Positions 42,108-50,693 of a DNA stretch of 64,000 nt are shown one piece after another. Both the position numbers and the translations under genes were made by a program. The notes under the pieces were generated by a model. It was not told the origin of the DNA, searched no databases, and saw only the letters and a program-made list of their open reading frames with translations. Location of the stretch: sequence record OK335775.1, one strand, 5' to 3'. How positions within the stretch are numbered: position 1 is the first letter of the stretch; each line of letters starts with the position of its first letter. This DNA is from Escherichia phage PSD2002.

Positions 42108-42160
42108 GTTTACATCTCCTGTAGACGTGGTACTATAGACCTATCAACTACAGGAGATTA
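42108..42160 (+). promoter_or_regulatory. early promoter cassette (PeSL-like), near-identical to the denV cassette
   Basis: GTTTAC-ATCTCCTGTAG-acgtgg-TACTATAGACCTATCAA-CTACAGGAGAT; GTTTAC 42108-42113. Confidence 0.65.
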
Positions 42161-42164
42161 CAAA

Positions 42165-42623
42165 ATGTCAGAAATTAATTCAGAAGTATTCATCCGCCGC
42201 AACAAATTACGTCGTCAGTTCGAAACCGAATTCCGCGAACTGAACACGTCCATCAAAAAAGCCGCCGTTAAGAGCGGAGTCCCGGCCTTCTTTATTAAGT
42301 ACTCTAATCACTTGTTGGACCGTGCTATCCAACGTGAAATCGACGAAAAATACGTTTTTGCTTTATTCAAGCAACTCCATAACCATGTTAAAGAAATCCA
42401 TGAATTTTTAATCCAGGAACCTCTGCCTGATGTAGAATCCGAAATTGTCCCTGGTAAAGTGTATCGTCCATTGCGTCTCGAAATTACCGATAAAACCTTA
42501 TGGCTAGGTATGACCGTAGACCGTAAACATCCTGATAAAGGATATTCCCTTAAATGTCGTATGGCATTTGTTAACTCTAAACGTTTAGAAGGTAAAACCA
42601 GCACGAAAGTAATTTACTTGTGA
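42165..42623 (+). CDS. regB: RegB sequence-specific endoribonuclease
   Basis: EVFIRRNKLRRQFETEFRE...HLLDRAIQREIDEKYVF...LRLEITDKTLWLG matches recalled T4 RegB. Confidence 0.9.
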   Translation: MSEINSEVFIRRNKLRRQFETEFRELNTSIKKAAVKSGVPAFFIKYSNHLLDRAIQREIDEKYVFALFKQLHNHVKEIHEFLIQEPLPDVESEIVPGKVYRPLRLEITDKTLWLGMTVDRKHPDKGYSLKCRMAFVNSKRLEGKTSTKVIYL

Positions 42624-42630
42624 GGACAGT

Positions 42631-43377
42631 ATGGAAACTATAAAATATCCATATGACTACTATAAAATAATAAATGACGCCTTATCTAGGGATACACCTA
42701 ATGATGCCTATACAGAAAAGCACCATATAATACCGAGTTGCGTTGGTGGTCCTGACACTCAAGACAATTTAGTTGAGCTTTATGCTGACGAACATTATTT
42801 GGCCCATATGTATCTAGCCAAAGCTAATCCAAACCACTATGGGTTGAATTTTGCTTGGCTAAATATGAGCTCTACTTCAAATTCAAAACAAAGGTCTTAT
42901 TTTGTAGATTCTGAAAATTATAAGTTGGCTAAAGAATCATTTTCAAAATTGCAATCTATTAATAAAATTTTATTTTTCTCTAAAAAGGAAAATAGGGCTG
43001 CTCATTCAATGGCTTTAATAAAGTATTTTGAAAAGGAAGGCTCTAAAGAACGGCTCAAAGAAATTTTAAATTCGCCAAAAGTAAAAGCTAAAATGTCTGA
43101 AAAACGGGTTAAGTATTTTGAAAATCCTGAAAATAGACAAAAATTTAAAGCCATACAAAATTCTAAAGAAACTATAGAAAGGAAAAAAGCCTCTTTGCGG
43201 AAATCCCCTATATGGCATGAACCGATGTATTCACAATTATATAAATTATGGGTAGATAATAATAAACTCAAGTGTGGAAGATTTAGTAAAATCGCAATTA
43301 AGAACGGCTTCCCTAATGTAGATTACCGAGGACTTATTGATTATGATTTTTCTAAAAAAAACTTAAATATTCTTTAA
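42631..43377 (+). CDS. free-standing HNH-family homing endonuclease (mob-like)
   Basis: HNH motif EKHHIIPSCVGGPDTQDNLVELYADEHYLAH; Lys-rich repeat region in C-terminus; AT-rich codon usage; inserted between regB and vs.1. Confidence 0.7.
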   Translation: METIKYPYDYYKIINDALSRDTPNDAYTEKHHIIPSCVGGPDTQDNLVELYADEHYLAHMYLAKANPNHYGLNFAWLNMSSTSNSKQRSYFVDSENYKLAKESFSKLQSINKILFFSKKENRAAHSMALIKYFEKEGSKERLKEILNSPKVKAKMSEKRVKYFENPENRQKFKAIQNSKETIERKKASLRKSPIWHEPMYSQLYKLWVDNNKLKCGRFSKIAIKNGFPNVDYRGLIDYDFSKKNLNIL

Positions 43378-43379
43378 TA

Positions 43380-43901
43380 GTGGCTATTATGTGTGGTTCG
43401 TTTTCTGTAAGTGCAGCAGAACCCGTATTTACAGAAACCCAGCTTGATAATTTACATTATGCGTATGCTTTCGGTGAACAATACCAAAAGTCGGGAAAGT
43501 TCAAAGAAAACCCTAATCAAAAAGGATTAGGATATATTATGGCCGGATTACTATGGCAGGAATCATCCGCCGGAATTAATCAGGGTTTAAATAAAGATAA
43601 GCACCATGCTTATGGCATGTTCCAAAATTACTTGCCTACTTTAAGAAGTCGTGTTCAACAGGTAGGTTGGAAGATGTCTGATAAAGAAATAATTCGTATG
43701 GTCCAAAAACGACAGAACAGTGCCTCTTGGGCCTACATTGAACTGTCTTATTGGATTGATGTTCACAAAGGTGACCTGAGAAAAGCGATTGCTTCTTATA
43801 ATGCGGGCTGGAACGTCAAAGTAGGCAGTAAATATGCTTCTGAAGTTCTAGAAAAGGCCAATTATCTAAAATCTAAAAAGATGTTTGAGGCGGTATATTA
43901 A
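43380..43901 (+). CDS. vs.1-like protein (lytic transglycosylase-like)
   Basis: 173 aa, GTG start per ORF track; position after regB as T4 vs.1. Confidence 0.5.
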   Translation: MAIMCGSFSVSAAEPVFTETQLDNLHYAYAFGEQYQKSGKFKENPNQKGLGYIMAGLLWQESSAGINQGLNKDKHHAYGMFQNYLPTLRSRVQQVGWKMSDKEIIRMVQKRQNSASWAYIELSYWIDVHKGDLRKAIASYNAGWNVKVGSKYASEVLEKANYLKSKKMFEAVY

Positions 43902-44258
43902 ATGATTAAGCAGATGACTATAGCGCTTATGTTGATTGCTCCGGGAGTATTAGCGTCACAAGTTTATGATAGTAATAATTCAATTGTCGAGTATGCTACC
44001 CGTACAGCAAAAGATTATTGTCATCCGAGTAATACTGAATGCATTATCGAATTCAGTTCAAAAATCACGGCTGCTTTTAAAGATGGGCAGAACGACGTAG
44101 AGCATCGACGAATGAAAGAGAAAACTCTTTCTAAAAGATACGAGCAACGTCTAAACGTTACTGAATGTATTCCATCTGATAAAAAGTACAAAGAAATGTG
44201 CGCGTCTATGGTAGACAGACTCGTTGACTCGTACAACCGAGGATTAAACTCTAAATGA
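43902..44258 (+). CDS. hypothetical protein with N-terminal signal/anchor segment (possibly vs by position)
   Basis: 118 aa; hydrophobic N-terminus MTIALMLIAPGVLAS. Confidence 0.4.
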   Translation: MIKQMTIALMLIAPGVLASQVYDSNNSIVEYATRTAKDYCHPSNTECIIEFSSKITAAFKDGQNDVEHRRMKEKTLSKRYEQRLNVTECIPSDKKYKEMCASMVDRLVDSYNRGLNSK

Positions 44259-44722
44259 TTATTGATTATATTAAGGGCGATATTGTCGCCCTGTTTCTTC
44301 AAGGTAATAATGTTGCACACGGGTGCAACTGTTTCCATACAATGGGTTCAGGTGTAGCCGGACAATTGGCTAAGGCTTATCCACCTATTCTCGCTATCGA
44401 TAAAACAACTTGTTTAGGTGATTTGGCAAAACTTGGCACGTTTACTCAAGCTACAGGTAATAATGGCCAAATTTGCTATAATTTATATACCCAATACGAA
44501 CCGGGCCCTAATCTTGATTACGGTGCTTTAGTAAACTGTATGATAGAATTAAACCGTACCGCAAAGGGTCTTTTGTTTAAACCAAGAATTTATATCCCTC
44601 GTATCGGTTGTGGTATTGCTGGTGGTGATTGGGACAAGGTTTATCAATTGATTAATTTGTTTACTCCTGATATTAATTTAGTGGTGGTAGATTATGAAAG
44701 CCCATTACCCGCATCCGTTTGA
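44255..44722 (+). CDS. macro-domain protein (ADP-ribose binding/processing)
   Basis: Motifs NNVAHGCNCFHTMGSGVAGQL and PRIGCGIAGGDW resemble macro-domain signatures. Confidence 0.6.
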   Translation: MIIDYIKGDIVALFLQGNNVAHGCNCFHTMGSGVAGQLAKAYPPILAIDKTTCLGDLAKLGTFTQATGNNGQICYNLYTQYEPGPNLDYGALVNCMIELNRTAKGLLFKPRIYIPRIGCGIAGGDWDKVYQLINLFTPDINLVVVDYESPLPASV

Positions 44723-44906
44723 CCCTAAAAATAAAGCGGAAATTATTCGACACTGGTCCGAAACCCGAGTAACTAAATGCCCTATAAAAAGTCAACACAA
44801 CACCGATAAATGGTATATCGGTGAATATGTTGAATATACTTTTATAGATAAAAATAAACGTAAGCAGCATGTAGAAGAATATTGCTTAAAGGTACAATGG
44901 TTATGA
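44694..44906 (+). CDS. hypothetical protein
   Basis: 70-aa ORF. Confidence 0.4.
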   Translation: MKAHYPHPFDPKNKAEIIRHWSETRVTKCPIKSQHNTDKWYIGEYVEYTFIDKNKRKQHVEEYCLKVQWL

Positions 44907-45088
44907 GCCTGAGTAAAGAACAGAAAGATAAATTGTTTGAGCTTATCCATGAACTTCTAGATGAGCATGCAGAAGCAAATTCTTTTTATGATGAATATGG
45001 CCCTATAGATGCCGAACACCAGGAAGAATTTGCTAATCGATTTGATGAGAAAGAAAATGAATTAATTGCTTATGTAAATAGTCTTTAA
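44903..45088 (+). CDS. hypothetical acidic protein
   Basis: ORF from MSLSKEQKDKLF, ATGA coupling. Confidence 0.4.
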   Translation: MSLSKEQKDKLFELIHELLDEHAEANSFYDEYGPIDAEHQEEFANRFDEKENELIAYVNSL

Positions 45089-45097
45089 GAAGGTAAT

Positions 45098-45670
45098 ATG
45101 GCTCAACTTTATTTTCACTATGCGGCGATGAATTCTGGGAAGACCGCTTCATTGCTAACAGCGGCTCATAACTACAAAGAACGCGGTATGGGCGTACTCC
45201 TTTTAAAGCCTGCGATAGACAATAGAGAATCAAGCCATAGCATTTCGTCTCGTATAGGGATTAGTCAAGAGGCTAATGCCGTGACTCCGGATATGGACCT
45301 ATACGAGTTCTATCGTTGGGCTGAATCTCAAAAAGATATCCACTGTGTATTTGTGGATGAAGCACAGTTCTTAGAACCTGCACAGATAAAACAACTGGCA
45401 AAGATAGTAGACAATTATAATGTTCCGGTTATGTGCTATGGGCTAAGAACTGATTTTCAGGGTAAACTGTTTCCTGGCTCTGCTGAATTACTCGCTACGG
45501 CAGATAAACTCGTTGAGTACAAAGGTGTGTGCCATTGTGGCCGTAAAGCTACTATGACTGCTAGGGTCCAGGATGGTATCGCAATTAAGGACGGCGCCCA
45601 AGTTTCTATAGGTGGCAACGATTCTTACGTGTCATTGTGCAGGAAGCACTGGATAGAAATAACGAGTTGA
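45098..45670 (+). CDS. tk: thymidine kinase
   Basis: FHYAAMNSGKTASLL...VFVDEAQFL...CHCGRKATMTAR; 190 aa. Confidence 0.9.
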   Translation: MAQLYFHYAAMNSGKTASLLTAAHNYKERGMGVLLLKPAIDNRESSHSISSRIGISQEANAVTPDMDLYEFYRWAESQKDIHCVFVDEAQFLEPAQIKQLAKIVDNYNVPVMCYGLRTDFQGKLFPGSAELLATADKLVEYKGVCHCGRKATMTARVQDGIAIKDGAQVSIGGNDSYVSLCRKHWIEITS

Positions 45671-45677
45671 GGGTATT

Positions 45678-45956
45678 ATGGACCTAAATTCAAAGATTTT
45701 AATTCTAGCGTTCGCTGTGGCTATTTCTTATATTGTTCTTTCGCCTATCATGGATGATGTGGCTTACAAAAGAGAGATAGAGGTTGTAGCAGCGACGTAT
45801 AATGCTAATAATAAAGAATGTCCTAATAAAAATGGGATGGATTTAATTAAAGCGCATTATATGCTTTCCATTAACTCGCCTATACAGAGGAATTGGGTTG
45901 AATATAATTTTAACGACGTGTTCTATTCTTATTGTCGTAAGCTTAAAAAGCTATAA
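45678..45956 (+). CDS. hypothetical secreted/membrane-anchored protein (tk.-1 position)
   Basis: 92 aa with N-terminal hydrophobic segment. Confidence 0.45.
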   Translation: MDLNSKILILAFAVAISYIVLSPIMDDVAYKREIEVVAATYNANNKECPNKNGMDLIKAHYMLSINSPIQRNWVEYNFNDVFYSYCRKLKKL

Positions 45957-46048
45957 ATAATAATACTAACCGTAGAGCTTTAGCTTTTGGTAATCGCTAT
46001 CGGTTAAGGCCGAAAGGCAAATAGTATAAAACAACAAAGGACTTTTGT

Positions 46049-46342
46049 ATGGATATTTTCCGTACAGCGGCTTGTATCCTTATGGCGGGATGTTTAAGCC
46101 CTACAGTTTCACTAGCAAATAATACTCACGATAAATTGATGGATGCATTTGCTAGTAGTGCGATGCCTGTTTATGCGCAAATGAGTAGACCTAGCATAAA
46201 GGCCTCCGAAGACTATTGGGCCTATGTTACGGCTTCCTGGAAGATTTCAAGTTGTCAGACTGTAGAAACATGCTCAATTGAAGGTCGTGCCATCGGAGAG
46301 CGTTATGTAAAACTAATGAAGGTGGAAGATGAAGTTCAATGA
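46049..46342 (+). CDS. rI: lysis-inhibition regulator RI-like protein
   Basis: 97 aa with N-terminal signal-anchor, Cys-x5-Cys...ERY C-terminal region; two genes from tk as T4 rI (tk.-2). Confidence 0.6.
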   Translation: MDIFRTAACILMAGCLSPTVSLANNTHDKLMDAFASSAMPVYAQMSRPSIKASEDYWAYVTASWKISSCQTVETCSIEGRAIGERYVKLMKVEDEVQ

Positions 46343-46712
46343 TTTCGTACCCGGTCGAGGGTCTGAAGTGGATTCTTATATTGGTTGGCTACTGGTTTCT
46401 TTAGCCTATTTTAAGTCAGCCCATTTAGAAACCAAAAGCTATGCAAGACACAAAGCATATGACTTCTATTATGTAGAAGTTCAAGGACCGCTGGACCAAT
46501 TTAGTGAGCAATATCTTGGATTCAGTGGCAAAGAATATAAAGCATCATTACCGTCTGCTTCAGACTTGCCTAAGGACCCGGTAGATTTTCTTGATGAGCT
46601 TCTTAAAGCATCTGATAAAATCTATGATACCCTTCCTAAGGCCATCCAGTCGACTTTGGACGATATCACTGGTGTCTTTTACCAGACTAAGTATTTGTTG
46701 ACGTTAGAATAA
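46329..46712 (+). CDS. hypothetical protein
   Basis: 127-aa ORF. Confidence 0.45.
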   Translation: MKFNDFVPGRGSEVDSYIGWLLVSLAYFKSAHLETKSYARHKAYDFYYVEVQGPLDQFSEQYLGFSGKEYKASLPSASDLPKDPVDFLDELLKASDKIYDTLPKAIQSTLDDITGVFYQTKYLLTLE

Positions 46713-46716
46713 TCAA

Positions 46717-46744
46717 AGGTCTCACTTCGGTGGGACCTTTTTTC
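46717..46744 (+). terminator. rho-independent terminator
   Basis: AGGTCTCAC-ttcg-GTGGGACCT followed by TTTTT. Confidence 0.75.
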
Positions 46745-46752
46745 GTTTAGGT

Positions 46753-46805
46753 GTTTACATCCTCTAGGAACATGATACTATAGACCTATCAACTAATGAG
46801 GAGAA
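46753..46805 (+). promoter_or_regulatory. early promoter cassette (PeSL-like)
   Basis: GTTTAC 46753-46758; TGATACTATAGACCTATCAA; SD GAGGAG. Confidence 0.6.
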
Positions 46806-46809
46806 CAAA

Positions 46810-47046
46810 ATGAAACTTACAAGTACTACGGTTTCATTAGAATATGAAATCAACGGTCGTATCCTTGAGATTAAGATATTCGACGACCGAAGTATCTTTG
46901 CCGATTATCGAGGATACAGAATTCGTCTAGAAAAGGACGAGCTCAAGGAACCCTGGCTCCTTAAAGACACATTAAAGGGTTGTGGATGTAAACTGAATAC
47001 AGCCCAGGCCCAAGAATTAATTTCTACTATCAACAAATACTGGTGA
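46810..47046 (+). CDS. hypothetical protein
   Basis: 78-aa ORF. Confidence 0.45.
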   Translation: MKLTSTTVSLEYEINGRILEIKIFDDRSIFADYRGYRIRLEKDELKEPWLLKDTLKGCGCKLNTAQAQELISTINKYW

Positions 47047-47050
47047 TATT

Positions 47051-47233
47051 ATGTTAACTACTGAACAGATTGAACAAATCCTTAAACTAGCTACTGCTAT
47101 TGAACGTGATTCTTATGATAGTGCAGTAGAACATTGCGAAGGCTATTCATATTCCGGAATAGAGCAGTGTAAACGAGATTTGGCTAATTCTAAAGCGGCC
47201 TTGGTTGAGTATCTGAATGGGTTGAAAGCCTAA
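47051..47233 (+). CDS. hypothetical protein
   Basis: 60-aa ORF. Confidence 0.4.
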   Translation: MLTTEQIEQILKLATAIERDSYDSAVEHCEGYSYSGIEQCKRDLANSKAALVEYLNGLKA

Positions 47234-47354
47234 TGGCTGTCGGCATAGGAGCATGAAGATGATTTATTACTTAGAACCCTGGGCTTGGTCAACAATGATT
47301 ATAGGCCCTATTTTAATCGGTTTATTCTTTTCATGGTTAGCGAGGAAATTGTAA

Positions 47355-47552
47355 ATGTTATACGATCCAAATGGTTGTTCTGAAGATGGTGTGATTGCCC
47401 TTTTAGCAGATGTTGAAGAATCTGACGATGACGTCTTTGTTAAAGATTGGGAAGAAAAAGGTGGAATTACGCTCCAACAAGAAAATGATATGATTTGTCT
47501 GAATGCAGACCAAGTCGAAGAGCTTTATAGTATTTTAAAACATAACCGTTGA
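47355..47552 (+). CDS. hypothetical acidic protein
   Basis: 65-aa ORF. Confidence 0.4.
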   Translation: MLYDPNGCSEDGVIALLADVEESDDDVFVKDWEEKGGITLQQENDMICLNADQVEELYSILKHNR

Positions 47553-47562
47553 GGAATAGAAA

Positions 47563-48123
47563 ATGATTATTGAAACAACTGAATTGTTTGGCGAACTGTC
47601 CGCTGAAGTAGTTAATAACGCAATTGAGCTTTCACAAGAAGACGATAAAATCGTACTGACTATCGCTGATATTAAACCGCTTTATGATTTAATGGTTTTA
47701 GATAGACACGATTATCTTAACGGTCGACATAGCGCTCCTATCGATATCAATGATGGTGTGTTTGCCTATATCTATAAAAATGAAACTGGGTTTAATCTGG
47801 AAAATGGTATTGAATGTCTGAGCATCAGCGATTCTGATAAATTCTTTGATTGTATTTTCAAACTGTTCCAGGAAGAATGCAAGCCAGAAGTTGAATGGAA
47901 AGTCCCAGGTCAAGATGCACTGATTCGTTCTAGTGAAACGTTTGAAGGCGATGAAGAGGAATTAGATTATAATACTGAACTGACTGTGCTTCAACATCAG
48001 GGTCGTGATTTGCTATCCTTGACCCAAAGACACGATGGTGAAAGTGAAGTGGTATTTACTAAGGATGAGCTCAAAGCTTTAGTCTCTTATCTGAACTCTG
48101 TTATCCCAACTATGAACTCTTAA
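47563..48123 (+). CDS. hypothetical acidic protein
   Basis: 186-aa ORF. Confidence 0.5.
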   Translation: MIIETTELFGELSAEVVNNAIELSQEDDKIVLTIADIKPLYDLMVLDRHDYLNGRHSAPIDINDGVFAYIYKNETGFNLENGIECLSISDSDKFFDCIFKLFQEECKPEVEWKVPGQDALIRSSETFEGDEEELDYNTELTVLQHQGRDLLSLTQRHDGESEVVFTKDELKALVSYLNSVIPTMNS

Positions 48124-48133
48124 GGAAAATATT

Positions 48134-48586
48134 ATGATTATCAATGCAAACTCTTGGCACGTTAAATTACACGACCGTTTTTATGACCGTCATTCTCGAC
48201 CACACTCTTTGTGTGCTTACTTCTGGAAAATGGTTTGGGCTTGTTTTGCTTGTGCTGTTGTTGCAGGTAGTACGCTTTTTGGATTAACTGTTGCAGGTGT
48301 TGGTGTATTAGAGCATTTCTTTGTATTAAGTACCCCTGTTCTGTTGAGTCTAGGGTTTGTTTTAGGATTGGTTGCAATAGCTCTTATTATTGCGCTATCC
48401 ATTGGTTTGGCATTCGGTGTGATGAATTTACACTCATGGTATGATTTACGTAAAGAAGAAAAGGAATGGCAACTAATTAAAGCTAAACGTGAAGGAAAGG
48501 AAATTAAAGAAAACATTGTTATCCAATATATCAAAGCTCGTAAATCTAAGGTCTGTCCGGTAATCCATTTTGAGGCGAAGAAATGA
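48134..48586 (+). CDS. membrane protein (multiple TM helices)
   Basis: 150-aa ORF with long hydrophobic core. Confidence 0.5.
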   Translation: MIINANSWHVKLHDRFYDRHSRPHSLCAYFWKMVWACFACAVVAGSTLFGLTVAGVGVLEHFFVLSTPVLLSLGFVLGLVAIALIIALSIGLAFGVMNLHSWYDLRKEEKEWQLIKAKREGKEIKENIVIQYIKARKSKVCPVIHFEAKK

Positions 48587-49593
48587 GAACAGTTGTTAAG
48601 GGCTACTTCGGTAGCCACCTTTATGGAACAAGTACTCCGGAATCTGATGTCGATTTTAAAGAAATCTTTGTTCCGCATCCGCGTGATATTCTGTTAGGTA
48701 CGGCTATGAACCATACCAACCTGAACACGAATAACACTGCTTCCAAAAACACTAAAGATGATGTTGACCATGAGCTTTATAGCCTGAAATATTTCTTTAA
48801 ACTGGCTGCTGATGGCGAAACCGTTGCTCTGGATATGCTCCACACTCCACCTGAACTGGTGGTTAAATCTGATTTACCTGATGTATGGAAATTTATCCAA
48901 GACAATCGTTCTCGGTTCTATACGACTAACATGAAAGCCTATTTAGGGTATGTCCGTAAGCAAGCTTCTAAATATGGTGTTAAAGGTTCTCGTCTGGCTG
49001 CTCTGCGTGGTGTACTGGCTATTGTTAACCAGATTCCTGAACAGTGGGTCGACTATCAAGAAGGAATCCCTGATAGACTTCGTCGTACTAAGGTAGAAGA
49101 TATCAAACATCGACTCCCTGAAAACGAATTCTGTGAATGGGTATTCCATAACCATGAGAAAACAGGCCCTCAAACGTTCTATACTGTTCTTGGACGTAAG
49201 TACCAAACTACTTTATCTTTAATCGAGCTCAAGCAATCTCTGAATAAGCTCGATGCGGAATATGGTGAACGGGCCCGTAAAGCTGAAGCTAACGAAGGTA
49301 TTGACTGGAAAGCTCTGAGCCATGCTTATCGCGCAGGGTATCAATTGTTGGAAATCTACCAAACAGGCGACCTGGTGTTCCCATTGCGCGAAGCCTCTAT
49401 CATTAAGCTGATTAAAGCCGGTGAATTACCATTTAAAGAAGTTCAAGAACTTCTTGAAGATACTGTTGATTTGGTTGAAGTCCTAGCCATCCAGGCATCT
49501 AAGAACGGTATGCCTGAGAAGGTAGACATGAAGTTCTGGGACAAGTTCGTTGAAGAGGTATACCTCGACAACCACAACTCGTATTATAAATGA
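48583..49593 (+). CDS. nucleotidyltransferase-fold protein (Pol-beta superfamily-like)
   Basis: N-terminal GS-x9-SDVDF motif (YFGSHLYGTSTPESDVDFKEIFVP); 336 aa. Confidence 0.55.
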   Translation: MRTVVKGYFGSHLYGTSTPESDVDFKEIFVPHPRDILLGTAMNHTNLNTNNTASKNTKDDVDHELYSLKYFFKLAADGETVALDMLHTPPELVVKSDLPDVWKFIQDNRSRFYTTNMKAYLGYVRKQASKYGVKGSRLAALRGVLAIVNQIPEQWVDYQEGIPDRLRRTKVEDIKHRLPENEFCEWVFHNHEKTGPQTFYTVLGRKYQTTLSLIELKQSLNKLDAEYGERARKAEANEGIDWKALSHAYRAGYQLLEIYQTGDLVFPLREASIIKLIKAGELPFKEVQELLEDTVDLVEVLAIQASKNGMPEKVDMKFWDKFVEEVYLDNHNSYYK

Positions 49594-49595
49594 TA

Positions 49596-49617
49596 AAAGG
49601 CCTTCGGGCCTTTTTTT
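49596..49617 (+). terminator. rho-independent terminator
   Basis: AAAGGCC-ttcg-GGCC followed by TTTTTTT. Confidence 0.75.
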
Positions 49618-49636
49618 GGGTTTAGTGCAAAAAAGA

Positions 49637-49680
49637 GTTTACACTCTCGTAGAGCATGTTATTATGGACCTATCAAATCT
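49637..49680 (+). promoter_or_regulatory. early promoter cassette (variant: GTTTAC, TGTTATTATGGACCTATCAA)
   Basis: GTTTAC 49637-49642; 17-nt spacer; TATTAT. Confidence 0.55.
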
Positions 49681-49702
49681 ACTGAGTGAAATGGAGAATA
49701 TA

Positions 49703-50683
49703 ATGTTAACTATCAAAATCAACAAAGGTATCTATCGCGGTAATGTAATCTCTGGTACGTTCATGAGTTCAGGTAAAACCTGGTTCCCTAATAAAATTCA
49801 TGAATCCGAAGCTCACCTAGGTGATGGCAAGGTATTCGTACAGATTGATGGTGTTGAACGTGGTGTATGGGTGTTCAAATGTGATATCGAAACCGAAGGT
49901 GCTGGAGCTCCTGCAATGGTTACTGAATCCGCTGAAGAAATGAAACATCGCATTAACAAACGTTTTAAAGTAATGAACATGATGACTAATGGAATCATCG
50001 ATGGTAAAATTCGTTCCCTTATCATCTCTGGTGCCGCAGGTATTGGTAAAACGTATTCTTTGGATAAAGCATTACAGAATGCCCACGAAAATGAAACTAT
50101 CGAATATAAATCAATCAACGGAAAGATTAGTGGAATCGGCCTTTACGAGCAGCTTTGGAATAACCGCGGCCCTAATAGTGTTCTTCTTATTGATGATGTT
50201 GATGTATTCTCTGATATGGATATCCTGAACCTGTTAAAAGCAGCATTGGATACTGGTGAAAAACGTAAGGTGTGCTGGAGCACTTCAAGTTCTTATCTTG
50301 ATGATAAAAATATCGATAAAGAATTTGAGTATGAAGGCACCATCGTGTTCATCACCAACGTTGATATCGACCGTGAATTAGAGCGTGGAACTAAACTTGC
50401 TCCACACCTCCAGGCTTTAGTATCTCGTTCAGTTTACTTAGACCTCGGAGTTCACTCTAACGAAGAGATTATGGTCCGTGTTGAAGACGTTATCCTGTCC
50501 ACTGATATGATGCAAAATCGAGGTCTGACTGATGCTGAGACTTATCAAGCACTGTCCTGGATGAAGGCTAATGTATCTCGTCTTCGTAACGTATCATTAC
50601 GTACAGCTCTTTATCTGGCTGACTTCATTGCCACCGATAAAAATGACTGGAGCGAAATCGCTGAAGTTACACTTCTGAAATAA
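49703..50683 (+). CDS. AAA+ ATPase
   Basis: Walker A ISGAAGIGKT, Walker B VLLIDDVDV, sensor-like VFITN; start placed at ATG after promoter and SD. Confidence 0.6.
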   Translation: MLTIKINKGIYRGNVISGTFMSSGKTWFPNKIHESEAHLGDGKVFVQIDGVERGVWVFKCDIETEGAGAPAMVTESAEEMKHRINKRFKVMNMMTNGIIDGKIRSLIISGAAGIGKTYSLDKALQNAHENETIEYKSINGKISGIGLYEQLWNNRGPNSVLLIDDVDVFSDMDILNLLKAALDTGEKRKVCWSTSSSYLDDKNIDKEFEYEGTIVFITNVDIDRELERGTKLAPHLQALVSRSVYLDLGVHSNEEIMVRVEDVILSTDMMQNRGLTDAETYQALSWMKANVSRLRNVSLRTALYLADFIATDKNDWSEIAEVTLLK

Positions 50684-50693
50684 AGGTGAAATT

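Noticed and set aside
42631-43377. Transposase or integrase interpretation of the HNH ORF; prophage or integration features generally
   Set aside because: Motif is HNH (homing-endonuclease type) rather than DDE or tyrosine recombinase; no att-like repeats; gene content is that of a strictly lytic T4-like phage.
49550-49702. Upstream extension of the AAA+ ATPase ORF back to 49550
   Set aside because: The extension runs through a terminator hairpin and an early promoter; the ATG at 49703 follows the promoter and an SD, so the shorter CDS is called.
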